A stretch of DNA of 64,000 nt, taken from the IMG/VR virus record IMGVR_UViG_3300031133_000383, positions 1 to 64,000 of that record; one strand, 5' to 3'. How positions within the stretch are numbered: the stretch's first letter is position 1; each line of letters starts with the position of its first letter. The notes under the pieces are model-generated. The model ran no database searches. It was not told where the DNA came from and saw only the letters and a program-made list of their open reading frames with translations. This document shows positions 31,220 to 42,168 of this stretch, in pieces. The translations under genes and the position numbers were made by a program. Origin of the DNA: a virus (taxonomy: Duplodnaviria; Heunggongvirae; Uroviricota; Caudoviricetes).

Positions 31220-31836
31220 TTGATTCAAGCATTAAAAGAAATATCATTTCACGGTTAAAAAATGATTTTGGATTGAAAAATGCAACAATACGTTACGTTT
31301 GCAAAAGTGGAAATACCATTTCCATGAAAATAGACAATCGTTTTTTTTCATTGAAACAAAGCATTAGATCAACAAATATCATCTTAGAGGACGGCTGTTT
31401 GATGGAACTTGGAGATTTAGCACAATATTCTAAATTAGTTAATTTAGATTTAAAAGCAATCCAAGACATTTTAAAAATATCTTCTTGTTTTAAAACATGT
31501 TATTCTATTATAGGAATTGCAGGTTATCAAGGGATTTTTAATTTCATCAAGGTTTATATTCCTTTTGACAACACTCAAAAAATTCATTACTTTATTGATC
31601 ATGAAATCAACAGTATCGGCATGTATTGTATTACGGACATTCCTGAAATTCAGCAAGATTTGGTTCGATTTAAAGAAAGCGTTATTCCAAAATCATATAG
31701 GCATTTTATAAAAGGTGATTGTCATTCTATTATAGAAAAGATTGAATCGATATTTATGGATATCTATAGAGAACAAGCTGATAACCCAACATTTATAGAG
31801 CAAGAATTTTTAGTAAAAAAAATGCTATATCTATAA
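31216..31836 (+). CDS. Hypothetical protein with C-terminal tag A
   Basis: Ends QEFLVKKMLYL. Confidence 0.7.
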   Translation: MIDSSIKRNIISRLKNDFGLKNATIRYVCKSGNTISMKIDNRFFSLKQSIRSTNIILEDGCLMELGDLAQYSKLVNLDLKAIQDILKISSCFKTCYSIIGIAGYQGIFNFIKVYIPFDNTQKIHYFIDHEINSIGMYCITDIPEIQQDLVRFKESVIPKSYRHFIKGDCHSIIEKIESIFMDIYREQADNPTFIEQEFLVKKMLYL

Positions 31837-31894
31837 TAAGATTAAACAAGTAATAAAAAATTATAAAATGAACAGATATCTAGGAACGTAAAAT

Positions 31895-32692
31895 ATGCAA
31901 TCAAGAATAGTTAATATAGACAATTTGAAAAAAGACTTTAACGTTCATTACAAAGTATTAATTGAAAGCAAGCAATTTAATGAGCATGATCTATTAAACC
32001 ATGTACCGGTCAGATTTGATTTGTCAGAAAAATTTTCCGGCCAACATGCGACCAATGATAGTTATAGTAATGATTATGACAAGTGTGTAAGCGTTTGTGT
32101 TAGTGCGATAGATTCTTATTTGGGATCTCTCTATTACGAACTCTCCAATTCAATTGAAACGATAAACAATAATTTGATGTATCGAATATTTCCCTTTTTA
32201 TTTGATAAAGAACAATTAAATGAACTTATTATTAAAAGAAATAAAATATTAAGTTTAAAAGATAATAAAGACATATTGAAATCGCTAGTTGAATTTAATT
32301 TTAAATATATTGCTGATACGGAAAGTGACATTAAAGTTCCTTTTTATAGGTTCTCTATGAATCAGGTTGTATACTCGGTAGTACAAGATCCAGTAAGTTA
32401 CCTAAAAATAGAAAAATTAATTGTTAGCGATATATCCATAGTTGATACAAAAACTGATAATGTTACCAATTGTGATTATGAATTTGATTACGAATTACTA
32501 CAAGACAATAAGTTATCAAAATTGACATACGGTCAGTTTAGAAAATTTGATGGCAAAAAATGTATTGTAAATTATAATTATGCAATCTTTACTGATTTGG
32601 ATGATGCTAAAGAACACTGTATTAAAGTATTAAATGCAATTAAAAATACAGTTGATGAAAAAATAAGAGATGTAGAAAATTTTCTTCCATGA
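31895..32692 (+). CDS. Hypothetical protein
   Basis: 265-aa ORF with AGGA SD. Confidence 0.65.
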   Translation: MQSRIVNIDNLKKDFNVHYKVLIESKQFNEHDLLNHVPVRFDLSEKFSGQHATNDSYSNDYDKCVSVCVSAIDSYLGSLYYELSNSIETINNNLMYRIFPFLFDKEQLNELIIKRNKILSLKDNKDILKSLVEFNFKYIADTESDIKVPFYRFSMNQVVYSVVQDPVSYLKIEKLIVSDISIVDTKTDNVTNCDYEFDYELLQDNKLSKLTYGQFRKFDGKKCIVNYNYAIFTDLDDAKEHCIKVLNAIKNTVDEKIRDVENFLP

Positions 32693-32905
32693 TAGCCCAT
32701 ATTGCTATTAACAAAAATAATATAAGCTTGTTGTATACATTGAAAAATGAATATAATTATGATGAGCAGTGCATGAACAAGACTTTGATAACAGGAAAAA
32801 ATATAAACCTACAGAAATGATTAACATTTAATCAACTTTATTACTTGAATATTTAACATCCTTTGGCATAATAATATATAATAATGATAAAACCAAGGAG
32901 AAATC

Positions 32906-33973
32906 ATGTTAAAGTATACTGTTATGGCATTATCAATTGCTGTATTAGTTGGATGCAGCACAGGTCGTAGCTACGATTCAATTGCTGATAGTGTTAGTTA
33001 TACCTATGACCACGACTTAAAACAATCAGTTGTCAAAGGACCTACAGAAGAGCCTGTCTACAAATCTTCTGCCAAAATTAAAAAATTCGATATGGATTTA
33101 AATATAAAAAATTCTGATACATTTGCTAATCTGGATTTAGCTTATTCTGATACAGAACCCCGTTTATTCTCGCATATTATTGACACTACAGGTCAAAGTT
33201 ACAACTTTTACAGTCACGAGAAACGTATTGTAGATTGTGGCGTATCTGGTAGTTCAAAAGAAGGTATCTGCGATTATACAGACAAAATAAGTTTCCAGTT
33301 GCCAGAGAGCAGTCGCAATCAGTATATATTGGTAGGAAGAGATGGTCGTAATGTATCTTTCAACATAAATAAAGAGTACCTTGCAGTTATGTCAGATGTC
33401 ACTTACAGATTGAAAACACCGCGTGCTGATGTCGATGAGCTTCGCTTGAAGAAAGATACCTTATTGACTGCCGGACCAACACCAGTAGCAAAACCATCGG
33501 TCCAGCAACCAGTTAAAACGGCTCCTGTGGTAGTTCCTGCACCTATTTATACACCAGTAGTGTCAACTGTACCTGTATCTAAACCAATTGTTGCAACGAC
33601 TACAAGTATTAAACAAGCACCAGCAGGAACTTCTTATATCAAGAAGTTTGAAGAAGATACTACTTGTAAGTGTTCGTCTTCACCACAATCCACTTCAACC
33701 ATCACTACTACAAAAGCGGTAGTGTACAAAGCTCCTGTTGAAACACCAAAAGTGGTTCCTGCTAAAGTGAAATCTTTGCCAGCCGCTAAAAAAGTTGACA
33801 ATGCTGTTCTTTCTCCAATGAATAAAACACCATTCTGTGCCACAATCCAGTACAAAACTTGTGCAACAGTTTCAAGTTGTCGTGAAGCGTATGACCAATT
33901 AGCTTGTGGTAACAAAAAATTAGATGCTTCTGGAAAAGGTATGCCTTGCCCTAATATATGTAACGTGAAGTAA
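32906..33973 (+). CDS. Lipoprotein with Pro/Thr-rich linker and C-terminal Excalibur-like domain
   Basis: Lipobox LVGC; KTC..SSCREA..CG..LDASGKGMPC (Ca-binding loop degenerate). Confidence 0.75.
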   Translation: MLKYTVMALSIAVLVGCSTGRSYDSIADSVSYTYDHDLKQSVVKGPTEEPVYKSSAKIKKFDMDLNIKNSDTFANLDLAYSDTEPRLFSHIIDTTGQSYNFYSHEKRIVDCGVSGSSKEGICDYTDKISFQLPESSRNQYILVGRDGRNVSFNINKEYLAVMSDVTYRLKTPRADVDELRLKKDTLLTAGPTPVAKPSVQQPVKTAPVVVPAPIYTPVVSTVPVSKPIVATTTSIKQAPAGTSYIKKFEEDTTCKCSSSPQSTSTITTTKAVVYKAPVETPKVVPAKVKSLPAAKKVDNAVLSPMNKTPFCATIQYKTCATVSSCREAYDQLACGNKKLDASGKGMPCPNICNVK

Positions 33974-33993
33974 ATGATATAGCTACAAAAAAT

Positions 33994-34016
33994 AAACCGC
34001 TAATTAGCGGTTTTTT
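33994..34016. terminator. Intrinsic terminator between convergent genes
   Basis: AAACCGCTAATTAGCGGTTTTTT palindrome. Confidence 0.7.
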
Positions 34017-35139
34017 CTTTATCTGCTGCCTTGATTTCAAGAGGACTTGTAGTTACTTTATCTTTTTCAAGATCAGGATCATTTTTTTCATTAGATGTTT
34101 CAGCAGTATTATCAATAATGACAGTCTGTTTGTTTTCCTTTTCTATTTTAGGTTCCGTTTCCATTTTAATAATTTTTATTTTGTTATATAAATCTTTATC
34201 TGGGTCTAGATTTTGTAAGATATACGGAATTTCTTTGCTAATATTATCGTTTTTAAATGCAGTATAAACAGCAGTCTTTTTAACATTTTTTTCAATATAG
34301 TCTTGTTTTAAGTCTCTAATAATCATCAATTCTGTTTCAAGATTTAGAACTGTTTTCATTTTTTTATCTTTAACAATAATGTTATGTGGTGGATAGATGC
34401 CATTGATATTCAACTTGTCTAATTGTGTTAAGTATTTTGATTCTATCTGTGTAGAAGCTTCTTTATATGTTTTCAATTTGTTTTCTAGTGGGGTCTTGCT
34501 GAATGTCATGAAGTGATTGACAATGCCATCCCATTCTTTGTAATAATTGATTTTGATTTCAAAATTTCTTTTAACAGTATTCACTGTCAAATTTAAATGA
34601 GTGGCCGTATCACATAACATTGGATTAACTTTTAAATAAAGTGAACTATTGGTATCACATATATTAACAGTATAAGGATAATACTGTGTGTAAATATCTT
34701 TAAGATAAGTAGATGTAGTCAGTTCAATATCATCAATATTGTTGATGATAACTTTTATTTCACTGAACTCATCTTTGAGTGGTGAACCAAATAATAAATT
34801 ATTGATTTTATTTTTATAATAGTTTTCATTATAAGCAATCACTAAATACTGTGTATTTGATTGTTTTGATTTATTATATTCTATATGATCAATCCATTTA
34901 AAATCTTTGATTTGATTTAGCTCGACATTATTTTTCTTTATCAGCAATTTATCATCTTTTTGATCCCAGTACAACGTTACTTGATTAGCCTTTAGATAGT
35001 TTGAAAAACTTTCAACGTTTTCTTTGTTGGCTTCCTTTCCCAAAAATATTAAGAAACCTATTGACAGTACAAAAGCCATAACAGTGATGATGGCGATAGA
35101 AGCAGTCGATATTTTTTGGTATACAGTGTTTGCTTTCAT
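34000..35139 (-). CDS. Membrane-anchored hypothetical protein
   Basis: N-terminal TM segment; GGAG SD before the ATG at 35139. Confidence 0.65.
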   Translation of the reverse strand: MKANTVYQKISTASIAIITVMAFVLSIGFLIFLGKEANKENVESFSNYLKANQVTLYWDQKDDKLLIKKNNVELNQIKDFKWIDHIEYNKSKQSNTQYLVIAYNENYYKNKINNLLFGSPLKDEFSEIKVIINNIDDIELTTSTYLKDIYTQYYPYTVNICDTNSSLYLKVNPMLCDTATHLNLTVNTVKRNFEIKINYYKEWDGIVNHFMTFSKTPLENKLKTYKEASTQIESKYLTQLDKLNINGIYPPHNIIVKDKKMKTVLNLETELMIIRDLKQDYIEKNVKKTAVYTAFKNDNISKEIPYILQNLDPDKDLYNKIKIIKMETEPKIEKENKQTVIIDNTAETSNEKNDPDLEKDKVTTSPLEIKAADKEKTAN

Positions 35140-35281
35140 TTTTAATTCTCCAATAAAATACACAAAATAATAACACAGTACCATTAAATATCAATATCAT
35201 TTTCATTATATATTTTATAAAATATTTATTGCGAAAAACAATTATTTTGTGTATAATCATGTTTCATTATGGATATATAAG

Positions 35282-35998
35282 ATGAAAGATACAATACTTA
35301 AAAATAAGCTCGATGCTTTTTTCAGAAATATTTCTATTGATATCAAGCAGTATGTGCCTGATAGTATTTATATGGGGTCGCATATTTCCAGATTCATTCT
35401 AAACAATGTCAGACAAGGATTACCATTAAAATTAATTACAGATCCATCTTCGGGTATAAATTCGTTATTCATTGGCGATAAACTAATGATGAATTTTATC
35501 ACTGAGCTTGCTGACTATCAGATTGAAACTGTTTTTTATCGTAACAAACAAGTCATTGATATACCACATTTTCAAAATGACATGTATTATATAAAAGAAC
35601 TCTTGAAAAATATAACATTTATGGAGTATCTATTGACAGGAAATGATTTATATTCTCCACTGTTGGATATTTTCGATTCAAATGAAGCAATATTTACTAA
35701 ATTTGTTTCATCTAATGATTTTTTTGATGAGATTTTTGATATAGTTTTTAATGATAAAAATATTTTTATTCATTTTTATAAGCGAGATATCGAAATCACT
35801 ATTGATAGAAGCAATAATAGTATTAGTTTCAGCTTGGATATCAACAAACAAAGAATGAGTAAACTATCTAATTTTCAGGCATTTATTAGTGCTATGAACA
35901 GCAAAATTTATAATCAGGTGGTAAGAAAAAATTTAAATATATCACCATCAGAATTTTTAGTCCAACATAGAGAATTAGTGAATATTTTTGAGTATTAG
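35282..35998 (+). CDS. Hypothetical protein with C-terminal tag A (Ile variant)
   Basis: Ends HRELVNIFEY. Confidence 0.65.
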   Translation: MKDTILKNKLDAFFRNISIDIKQYVPDSIYMGSHISRFILNNVRQGLPLKLITDPSSGINSLFIGDKLMMNFITELADYQIETVFYRNKQVIDIPHFQNDMYYIKELLKNITFMEYLLTGNDLYSPLLDIFDSNEAIFTKFVSSNDFFDEIFDIVFNDKNIFIHFYKRDIEITIDRSNNSISFSLDINKQRMSKLSNFQAFISAMNSKIYNQVVRKNLNISPSEFLVQHRELVNIFEY

Positions 35999-36034
35999 TT
36001 CTTGAAATGATACAAAAGTATGATAAATTGATTA

Positions 36035-36157
36035 AACAAATTTAAACAGCATAATTATAAACAAATAAGTCTTATTTTTAAATTTTGTTAGTCTAGTTAT
36101 CTCCTTTCTAAGTTAAAAAGACTTAAATTATTATTCCCTCTTATTGAGGGTTTTTTT
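36035..36157 (+). ncRNA. Candidate small RNA with anti-SD-like CUCCUUU
   Basis: Own promoter (TTGAAA-16-TAAATT with TGn), no ORF, stem 36066-73/36118-25, terminator CCCTC-ttatt-GAGGG-T7. Confidence 0.35.
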
Positions 36158-36217
36158 ATTTTTATTGTTTTTATCAATGATTCGTGATAGAATACTGCGA
36201 ATTGATGTGAGGATCTA

Positions 36218-36997
36218 TTGATGAATGTAAAATTTGGTCAAAAATGTAATGATACACCTTTGTCAGAAGGCAATCTAACTTTTTTCGACTGCAGCTATGA
36301 AGCTATTTATAATTTAACAAAAGATGAACCTGTCGTTGTTTATCCTGTTTACACGCCTAAAAATAGTGCGGCTGGAAAAGCACTTATTCTTTCAGATGAT
36401 GAAACTGTATTAATTGCAAAATTAAGTGTGAATGGTCTTGTCAGTATAGTGGATAAAGCATTATTTGATCGTTATTTTAAAATAAAAACTATGAATCATC
36501 AAGAAGCAGAAAAATGCTGGCTGAAAGTGGTTGAATTGTTCAAGTTAATGGGTATATTCAAATCTATACAACGCTTTCCTTTTAACGATTTTCTATCTAA
36601 TGAGATTTCTAATTTTTGCATTACAGTCTCACGCGATCAAGATTATTTTTTAAATGAGATGTTTGGTAATTTTTCTTCCAATAGAAATATTCATATAGAT
36701 AAAGTCATTGGACTAGATAAAAACGGTTTATTTGAACAAGTTAGTTTCAATGTCTTTCACTCTTTCAAAATAAGCATGCGACCTGTTGATGAAAAAATCA
36801 AAGTAAGTTTCATTTTGAAAGTTTTTAAAGCCTATGCGGTATGCGGTGTTGATCAACAAGAGTCTATTGAAAAAATAATAAAAAAATTGATTAAAGCTTA
36901 CCTTGAAAAAAAATTTATTCATATGGATATTGACTATATTTTAACACCTGATTTTTTTGAACAGTGGAAAATGATTAATGCGATGATTGACTATTGA
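36218..36997 (+). CDS. Hypothetical protein with C-terminal tag A
   Basis: Ends WKMINAMIDY. Confidence 0.7.
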   Translation: MMNVKFGQKCNDTPLSEGNLTFFDCSYEAIYNLTKDEPVVVYPVYTPKNSAAGKALILSDDETVLIAKLSVNGLVSIVDKALFDRYFKIKTMNHQEAEKCWLKVVELFKLMGIFKSIQRFPFNDFLSNEISNFCITVSRDQDYFLNEMFGNFSSNRNIHIDKVIGLDKNGLFEQVSFNVFHSFKISMRPVDEKIKVSFILKVFKAYAVCGVDQQESIEKIIKKLIKAYLEKKFIHMDIDYILTPDFFEQWKMINAMIDY

Positions 36998-37005
36998 GGT
37001 ATAAA

Positions 37006-37752
37006 ATGAATCATTATAAAAATTTAATAAAATTAGTAAAACCAGAGTATCAACCCCATTATTACCTTCAAAAAAAGGTAAATGGTGAAAATAAGTTTGG
37101 TCTGTTTTTCAAAAGACCTGACTACAAGAAAGGTAACTCCAATGGAGTGCTTATTCTAGATGTCAGAAATTCACAAAACCTTATCGAAGTACACAAGAAA
37201 GGAGAAAATCCTTATATTTCAGATTGTTCATATATCTGGAATGAAGAACTATATAAACAACTTGATATTCCTGATGCGGTTTCTGACTTTATTTATTACC
37301 TAGTTGATAGTAATAATAGAAAAAATTATTTTTATTTGTTTTTTTATAATATTTTTAATAAGGCTACGATAAGTGTAAAAAAATCTAATTATTTGACAAA
37401 AATAAAATGTTTAATTTCTAAAGACTTGGCGACTATCGAATATTTTTTGGTCACTATTATCAGTAATATTGATTTCAATACAGAAATGTCTTTATTGATA
37501 GATGACAAATCTACTCAGGATATGCAACATTTTGAAAGGTGTGTTCCTTATGTAAAAAATGATAATTTGATTATCAATGTTAAAACGGGTGAAGTATTTT
37601 GTGAAGATAAAAATGGGTTGCCTATCAATATTATGAGTATAGATACATTTAAACAACAAAACATTTTAAATACCGAAACTATTAAACAAACAGCAAAAGA
37701 CGCTTTAATGAAAAAGATTTCTCATATTGATGGTTTTGAATGGAGTAACTGA
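37006..37752 (+). CDS. Hypothetical protein
   Basis: GAGG SD before the ATG at 37006; operonic position. Confidence 0.65.
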   Translation: MNHYKNLIKLVKPEYQPHYYLQKKVNGENKFGLFFKRPDYKKGNSNGVLILDVRNSQNLIEVHKKGENPYISDCSYIWNEELYKQLDIPDAVSDFIYYLVDSNNRKNYFYLFFYNIFNKATISVKKSNYLTKIKCLISKDLATIEYFLVTIISNIDFNTEMSLLIDDKSTQDMQHFERCVPYVKNDNLIINVKTGEVFCEDKNGLPINIMSIDTFKQQNILNTETIKQTAKDALMKKISHIDGFEWSN

Positions 37753-37753
37753 T

Positions 37754-38443
37754 ATGAATATAGAATTAGAAAAATCTATTGCAGCAAAATTAGTCACTTC
37801 CATGGCATTTGATTATATGGATAAAGAATCCATGTTTGATGGTGTTCCTATTGGTATTGGGGCGTGGGAATTTGAATATGTTGAACCTTCCATTTTTCAA
37901 TCGAAAAGTTATGATATTTTGGCAAAGTTCAAATATAACAAACAAAACACTTCAAACACTGTAAAAGATTTGGGAACCATCGTGCTAAGCATGGACAAAG
38001 TATTCAAAATTTTTCAATTTGAAGATTTAAATAAATTTGATTTTATGAAACTTTATTTTGAGTATTTTTCCATTGTCTCAAGAAAAAACAAATTAGGAAG
38101 TGTTCCCAATTTAATAGTAAAAGCTAAATTTGAAGGAGATCAGATTGATGAATTCTTTTTTAATATACCCAGTTTTGAATTTGACAATGATAATGTACTT
38201 GTTATTAATACGCATGAATTTGCTTATAAGAATGGAGTGTATTATGCAGAAAGTGCAGAAGGATTACATAAAATTTCTAAAAATCTATTTTGCAAACATA
38301 TTCTTATATGTTACCTAAATTCAATAGTTTCAAATATTAATCGTATCTTGAATATTTCAATTGATATTGTAGATACCAATGAAAGAGATGTTGTTAAAAT
38401 GATCGAAAAATATAAAGATGTCGTTGATATGATGTATAATTAA
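37754..38443 (+). CDS. Hypothetical protein with C-terminal tag A
   Basis: GGAG SD; ends YKDVVDMMYN. Confidence 0.7.
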   Translation: MNIELEKSIAAKLVTSMAFDYMDKESMFDGVPIGIGAWEFEYVEPSIFQSKSYDILAKFKYNKQNTSNTVKDLGTIVLSMDKVFKIFQFEDLNKFDFMKLYFEYFSIVSRKNKLGSVPNLIVKAKFEGDQIDEFFFNIPSFEFDNDNVLVINTHEFAYKNGVYYAESAEGLHKISKNLFCKHILICYLNSIVSNINRILNISIDIVDTNERDVVKMIEKYKDVVDMMYN

Positions 38444-38454
38444 ATTTAAGATTT

Positions 38455-39015
38455 CTATTTAATATAATGTAACTCAATCAATCTGTTGGATACTAAATAA
38501 ATATTTATAACTTCAAGGTATTTGGCAATGTTTCCAATCGTTGAATCAATATCTTGTTGTTTGAATACTTCAATAAGGCGTATAACACTTTCTAAAGGAA
38601 TAAGAAGTTCTTGTGCAAAATCTAATGCAATTTTTTCATGTATTCTTTCAGGATCTTGCTCCATAACCATTCTAGAGTCAATATACACTATCTTATCCAT
38701 TGATTTGTCAACCAATCCTTGGATAATATAGCTTAACGCATAAGCAGTAATCAATCGTAATTTATCAGAGCTAATTCCTGATTTATAGGTCAAAATATAG
38801 TTGTTTTTTCTGTTGGATATGGAAGCAAAAAACTTATTATCGAAATCAGAATTGATACATTCTAAAATAAATGAAAATTCTTTGATATTTTGAGCAATTT
38901 GGATAATATCAACAGGCACAGTTCGTTTGTCCCAATACTTATCCAATATTTGTCTAGGTGTTAACTTAAGAACTCTTTCTTGACGCTTCTTGAATAATTC
39001 AATAATTTCGCCCAT
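38455..39015 (-). CDS. ImmA/IrrE-family metallopeptidase homologue lacking HExxH
   Basis: W..VPVD..IA, RLITAYALSY in place of RFTIAHELGH, E..A..FAQELLIP. Confidence 0.65.
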   Translation of the reverse strand: MGEIIELFKKRQERVLKLTPRQILDKYWDKRTVPVDIIQIAQNIKEFSFILECINSDFDNKFFASISNRKNNYILTYKSGISSDKLRLITAYALSYIIQGLVDKSMDKIVYIDSRMVMEQDPERIHEKIALDFAQELLIPLESVIRLIEVFKQQDIDSTIGNIAKYLEVINIYLVSNRLIELHYIK

Positions 39016-39142
39016 CTCAAAATCCTATAAACTATTATTATGATCAATTTAACATTTTTACAGAGAAAATAAAGGATTGTTTATCAAAACATTTGAATAT
39101 TTTTAAAATAGGATTAAGATTATTATATGGGTTAAATATAAA

Positions 39143-39697
39143 ATGAAGATACAAATATCAAATATGATTAAGGACGATATTTATTTTAATACAGTGGTAG
39201 ACTGTATTGATTCTTTTTTAACTTATGAAAATAGATTTGGTTTATTTAATGAAAACTATAAAGATCATATATTTCAGATAATTGATGATTTTAAGAGATT
39301 CAATAAATCTTGTAAAATTTCCAAAGTAGCTGTTGAGATATTTATTCATGATTATACATTTCTATCGAAATATAAATGTAATCCATCTTTGTACATACCA
39401 ATAGACCATTACAAAAAAAGCCCATTTTTTCAGATCGATTTAACGGAAAATCTTCATCTTTCTATTGAAAATCATCGCGAAGATATAAAATTCATTACAA
39501 ACACTTATTTTAAAGATTTAGGCAAAAACATTATTACTTTTCATCCTAAAGACAATTACGGAAAGGATTTTAAAGATTGCTTATTTAACCATTTAATCAA
39601 ACCCAAAATAAATAGCCTTGCTGAATTTTCAGAGTGTACTCAGATTGAACACCTAACTGATGACGATATTTCGATTATCAATATGTTTAATATTTAA
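39143..39697 (+). CDS. Hypothetical protein with C-terminal tag A
   Basis: Ends DDDISIINMFNI. Confidence 0.7.
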   Translation: MKIQISNMIKDDIYFNTVVDCIDSFLTYENRFGLFNENYKDHIFQIIDDFKRFNKSCKISKVAVEIFIHDYTFLSKYKCNPSLYIPIDHYKKSPFFQIDLTENLHLSIENHREDIKFITNTYFKDLGKNIITFHPKDNYGKDFKDCLFNHLIKPKINSLAEFSECTQIEHLTDDDISIINMFNI

Positions 39698-39766
39698 AAC
39701 AAATAATCTTGATTTTTTAATAGTACATTGATATACTTTATTTTCTTCATTAGGGGCATTATAAAA

Positions 39767-40075
39767 ATGAGTAGAACGTTTAGAAATCGAACGCCTTATG
39801 GCAAAATTAATGCCTATGCACGACATGAGTTTACTAATTTTTCAAATCGCCCCTATTATAGAAAACAAACACAACTAACCTGTATAGATTTATTTTTAAA
39901 AGACGTTATACGATTTGGAAACGTTTGGAAAGTTCCTAAAAAATATAGAAAATTCAAGATTAGAAGTAAAAAAAGAAAGGATATTCAAATTTTGTATGTA
40001 AATTTAAAATACGATACATTAGATAATATGACTTCATTTAAATGGTCAAATGATGCTGGTTATCACTATTGGTAA
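39767..40075 (+). CDS. Small basic hypothetical protein
   Basis: MSRTFR start after GGGG SD; K/R-rich. Confidence 0.6.
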   Translation: MSRTFRNRTPYGKINAYARHEFTNFSNRPYYRKQTQLTCIDLFLKDVIRFGNVWKVPKKYRKFKIRSKKRKDIQILYVNLKYDTLDNMTSFKWSNDAGYHYW

Positions 40076-40281
40076 ATTTATTAATTATTGAACAGTAACA
40101 AAATCAGTATATTTTAAATATACTTTTTTTTATTATTTTCATTTGTATACAATATTAAAATAGAATATAGATTGCTGTTTAGTCATTTAATATTAATAAA
40201 TTATAATATTTTATGTTATAATATTTGACATTTTTGCTTTTTTGGCCTATCATTTCTCTAATAAACCAAAGGAGTTGTCAA

Positions 40282-40791
40282 ATGTCACGTTCCCTTACAT
40301 TAAGTCTTGTAGGAGCAGTTGGTGCGATAATTGCAGTATGTTGTTATGCAGCAACAGACGAGCAAAGCTCTAAAAAAACTACATCACAAGCTCCTATTTC
40401 TATTACAATTGAAGAAGATGGTGCTGCAACAGGTATTGCAACTAAAAATCAAGTTGAAAAAATTTATGATGTTCGTAAAGGTGAATTGGATAAAAACTTT
40501 AAAGAGGCACGTAATAAAAAAAGAGATGCAAAGGAATTGAAATTGATCAACCTTGCTTATGATAGTGTTGATTGTATGCAAAAAAGTGTTGAGCACTTTC
40601 CCGAGTTGATTGACGTAATTGATGGTAAACATATGGAAGCCAATAATGTTGCCGAAGTCATGGAAAATAATTGTGTAACGGATGTACTAGCTCATGTTAA
40701 AAGAGATATTCCAGAAGACTTAGATGCTTCTGAAAAAATATTCAAGGAGTTAGGTTTTACCATCCCTAGTGATTTAGACGATTTTCAATAA
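40282..40791 (+). CDS. Exported hypothetical protein
   Basis: AAGGAG SD; N-terminal signal/anchor; terminator downstream. Confidence 0.7.
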   Translation: MSRSLTLSLVGAVGAIIAVCCYAATDEQSSKKTTSQAPISITIEEDGAATGIATKNQVEKIYDVRKGELDKNFKEARNKKRDAKELKLINLAYDSVDCMQKSVEHFPELIDVIDGKHMEANNVAEVMENNCVTDVLAHVKRDIPEDLDASEKIFKELGFTIPSDLDDFQ

Positions 40792-40912
40792 TAGTATTTA
40801 TATTTAAAAGCCGCCATCTAGGCGGTTTTCTATTTTAATTATTTTTATTTTGATTGCTTTTTTTTCATAAGTGGTTATGATTAATTCTAACAAATGAATA
40901 CAAGGAGTTTAC

Positions 40913-42163
40913 ATGTTTTTCCATGAGCACATCGTTGCTTTATTCGGGGTTACACCTGATAGTTTTTTTACATCCATTATAGAGTCCTGCATCGCTACAC
41001 TTATTGTTGTAGGTGGCTACCTACTACTTAAAAATACTGTTATAAAGGTAATTAGAAAACATATTGAAAAATCAGATAATGATTTTATTGTCAATTTATC
41101 AAGACATAGAATTCTTAGAAATATGACATTGATCATCCCCTTTGCTATTTTGTATTCTTTCAAAAATGTTTACCTGAATCAGGTTGTAGCCAATATTTAC
41201 GAAAAAGTTATTTTTACAACATTGGTATTTGTAAGCACTATGTTGATTTTCTCCATATTCAATGTAATGTCAGATTATTATGAAAAAAGTGAAAGAGTCA
41301 GTGACAAAATACCTGTAAAGCCTTTTTTTCAAATATTAAAAGTTATTTTATTCTTGATTTCAATTATGGTTGTAATTGCTCATTTTGTAGATCGCTCTCC
41401 TGTTTATATATTAAGTGCAGTCGGTGCTGCATCTGCTATCATCATGTTTATATTCAAAGATACCTTACAAAGCTTTGTAGCCTCTTTTCAAGTAACCATA
41501 CACAAAAGTGTAAAAGTGGGGGATTGGATTGAAGTTCCCAAGTATGCTGTTGATGGTGAAGTACGTGAAATTAATTTAAACCTGATTAGTGTTAAAAACT
41601 GGGATAATACAACAACGGTTATTCCTACTTACTGTTTGCTGACAGAAAGTTTTAAAAATTGGACAACTATGTTTAAAAATGGTCGTAGAATTAAAAGGGC
41701 TATCAACATTGATGTTAATAGTATCAAACAGCTAACTGAATCTGATATAAAGCGTCTTAAACAGGTAAAATTGATTAAACAGTACCTAGAAGATAAAGAA
41801 CAGGATTTAAATGTACAAAACAAAGACCTAGACAATAATGAATTGGTAGCCGTCAATGGTAAGAAATTGACAAATATTGGAACATTCAGAAAATATGTTG
41901 AGTATTATCTGCGACAACACAGTGAAATAATTCAAGACCAAATGCTGGTGGTCAGACAATTGGAAAATCGTTCAGAAGGATTACCTATTGAGATCTATTG
42001 TTTTACTCACAAAACATTCTTAATGGATTTTGAACCTGTTCAATCTGATATTTTTGATCATCTATATTCTGTGGTTACTTTATTTGGATTAAGAGTCTAT
42101 CAACAACCTTCTGGAGATTTTTCGGCCATCGGGAAAGATTTCAATAAGTTAATTCATAATTAA
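40913..42163 (+). CDS. Mechanosensitive channel, MscS family (YbdG-like)
   Basis: FKDTL..VKVGDWIE..DGEV..NWDNT, GRRIKR, TNIGTFR, GLPIEIYCF, QSDIFDH. Confidence 0.9.
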   Translation: MFFHEHIVALFGVTPDSFFTSIIESCIATLIVVGGYLLLKNTVIKVIRKHIEKSDNDFIVNLSRHRILRNMTLIIPFAILYSFKNVYLNQVVANIYEKVIFTTLVFVSTMLIFSIFNVMSDYYEKSERVSDKIPVKPFFQILKVILFLISIMVVIAHFVDRSPVYILSAVGAASAIIMFIFKDTLQSFVASFQVTIHKSVKVGDWIEVPKYAVDGEVREINLNLISVKNWDNTTTVIPTYCLLTESFKNWTTMFKNGRRIKRAINIDVNSIKQLTESDIKRLKQVKLIKQYLEDKEQDLNVQNKDLDNNELVAVNGKKLTNIGTFRKYVEYYLRQHSEIIQDQMLVVRQLENRSEGLPIEIYCFTHKTFLMDFEPVQSDIFDHLYSVVTLFGLRVYQQPSGDFSAIGKDFNKLIHN

Positions 42164-42168
42164 TAAAT

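Noticed and set aside
33470-33800. Pro/Thr/Val-rich, higher-GC stretch
   Set aside because: Explained as the low-complexity linker of the lipoprotein.
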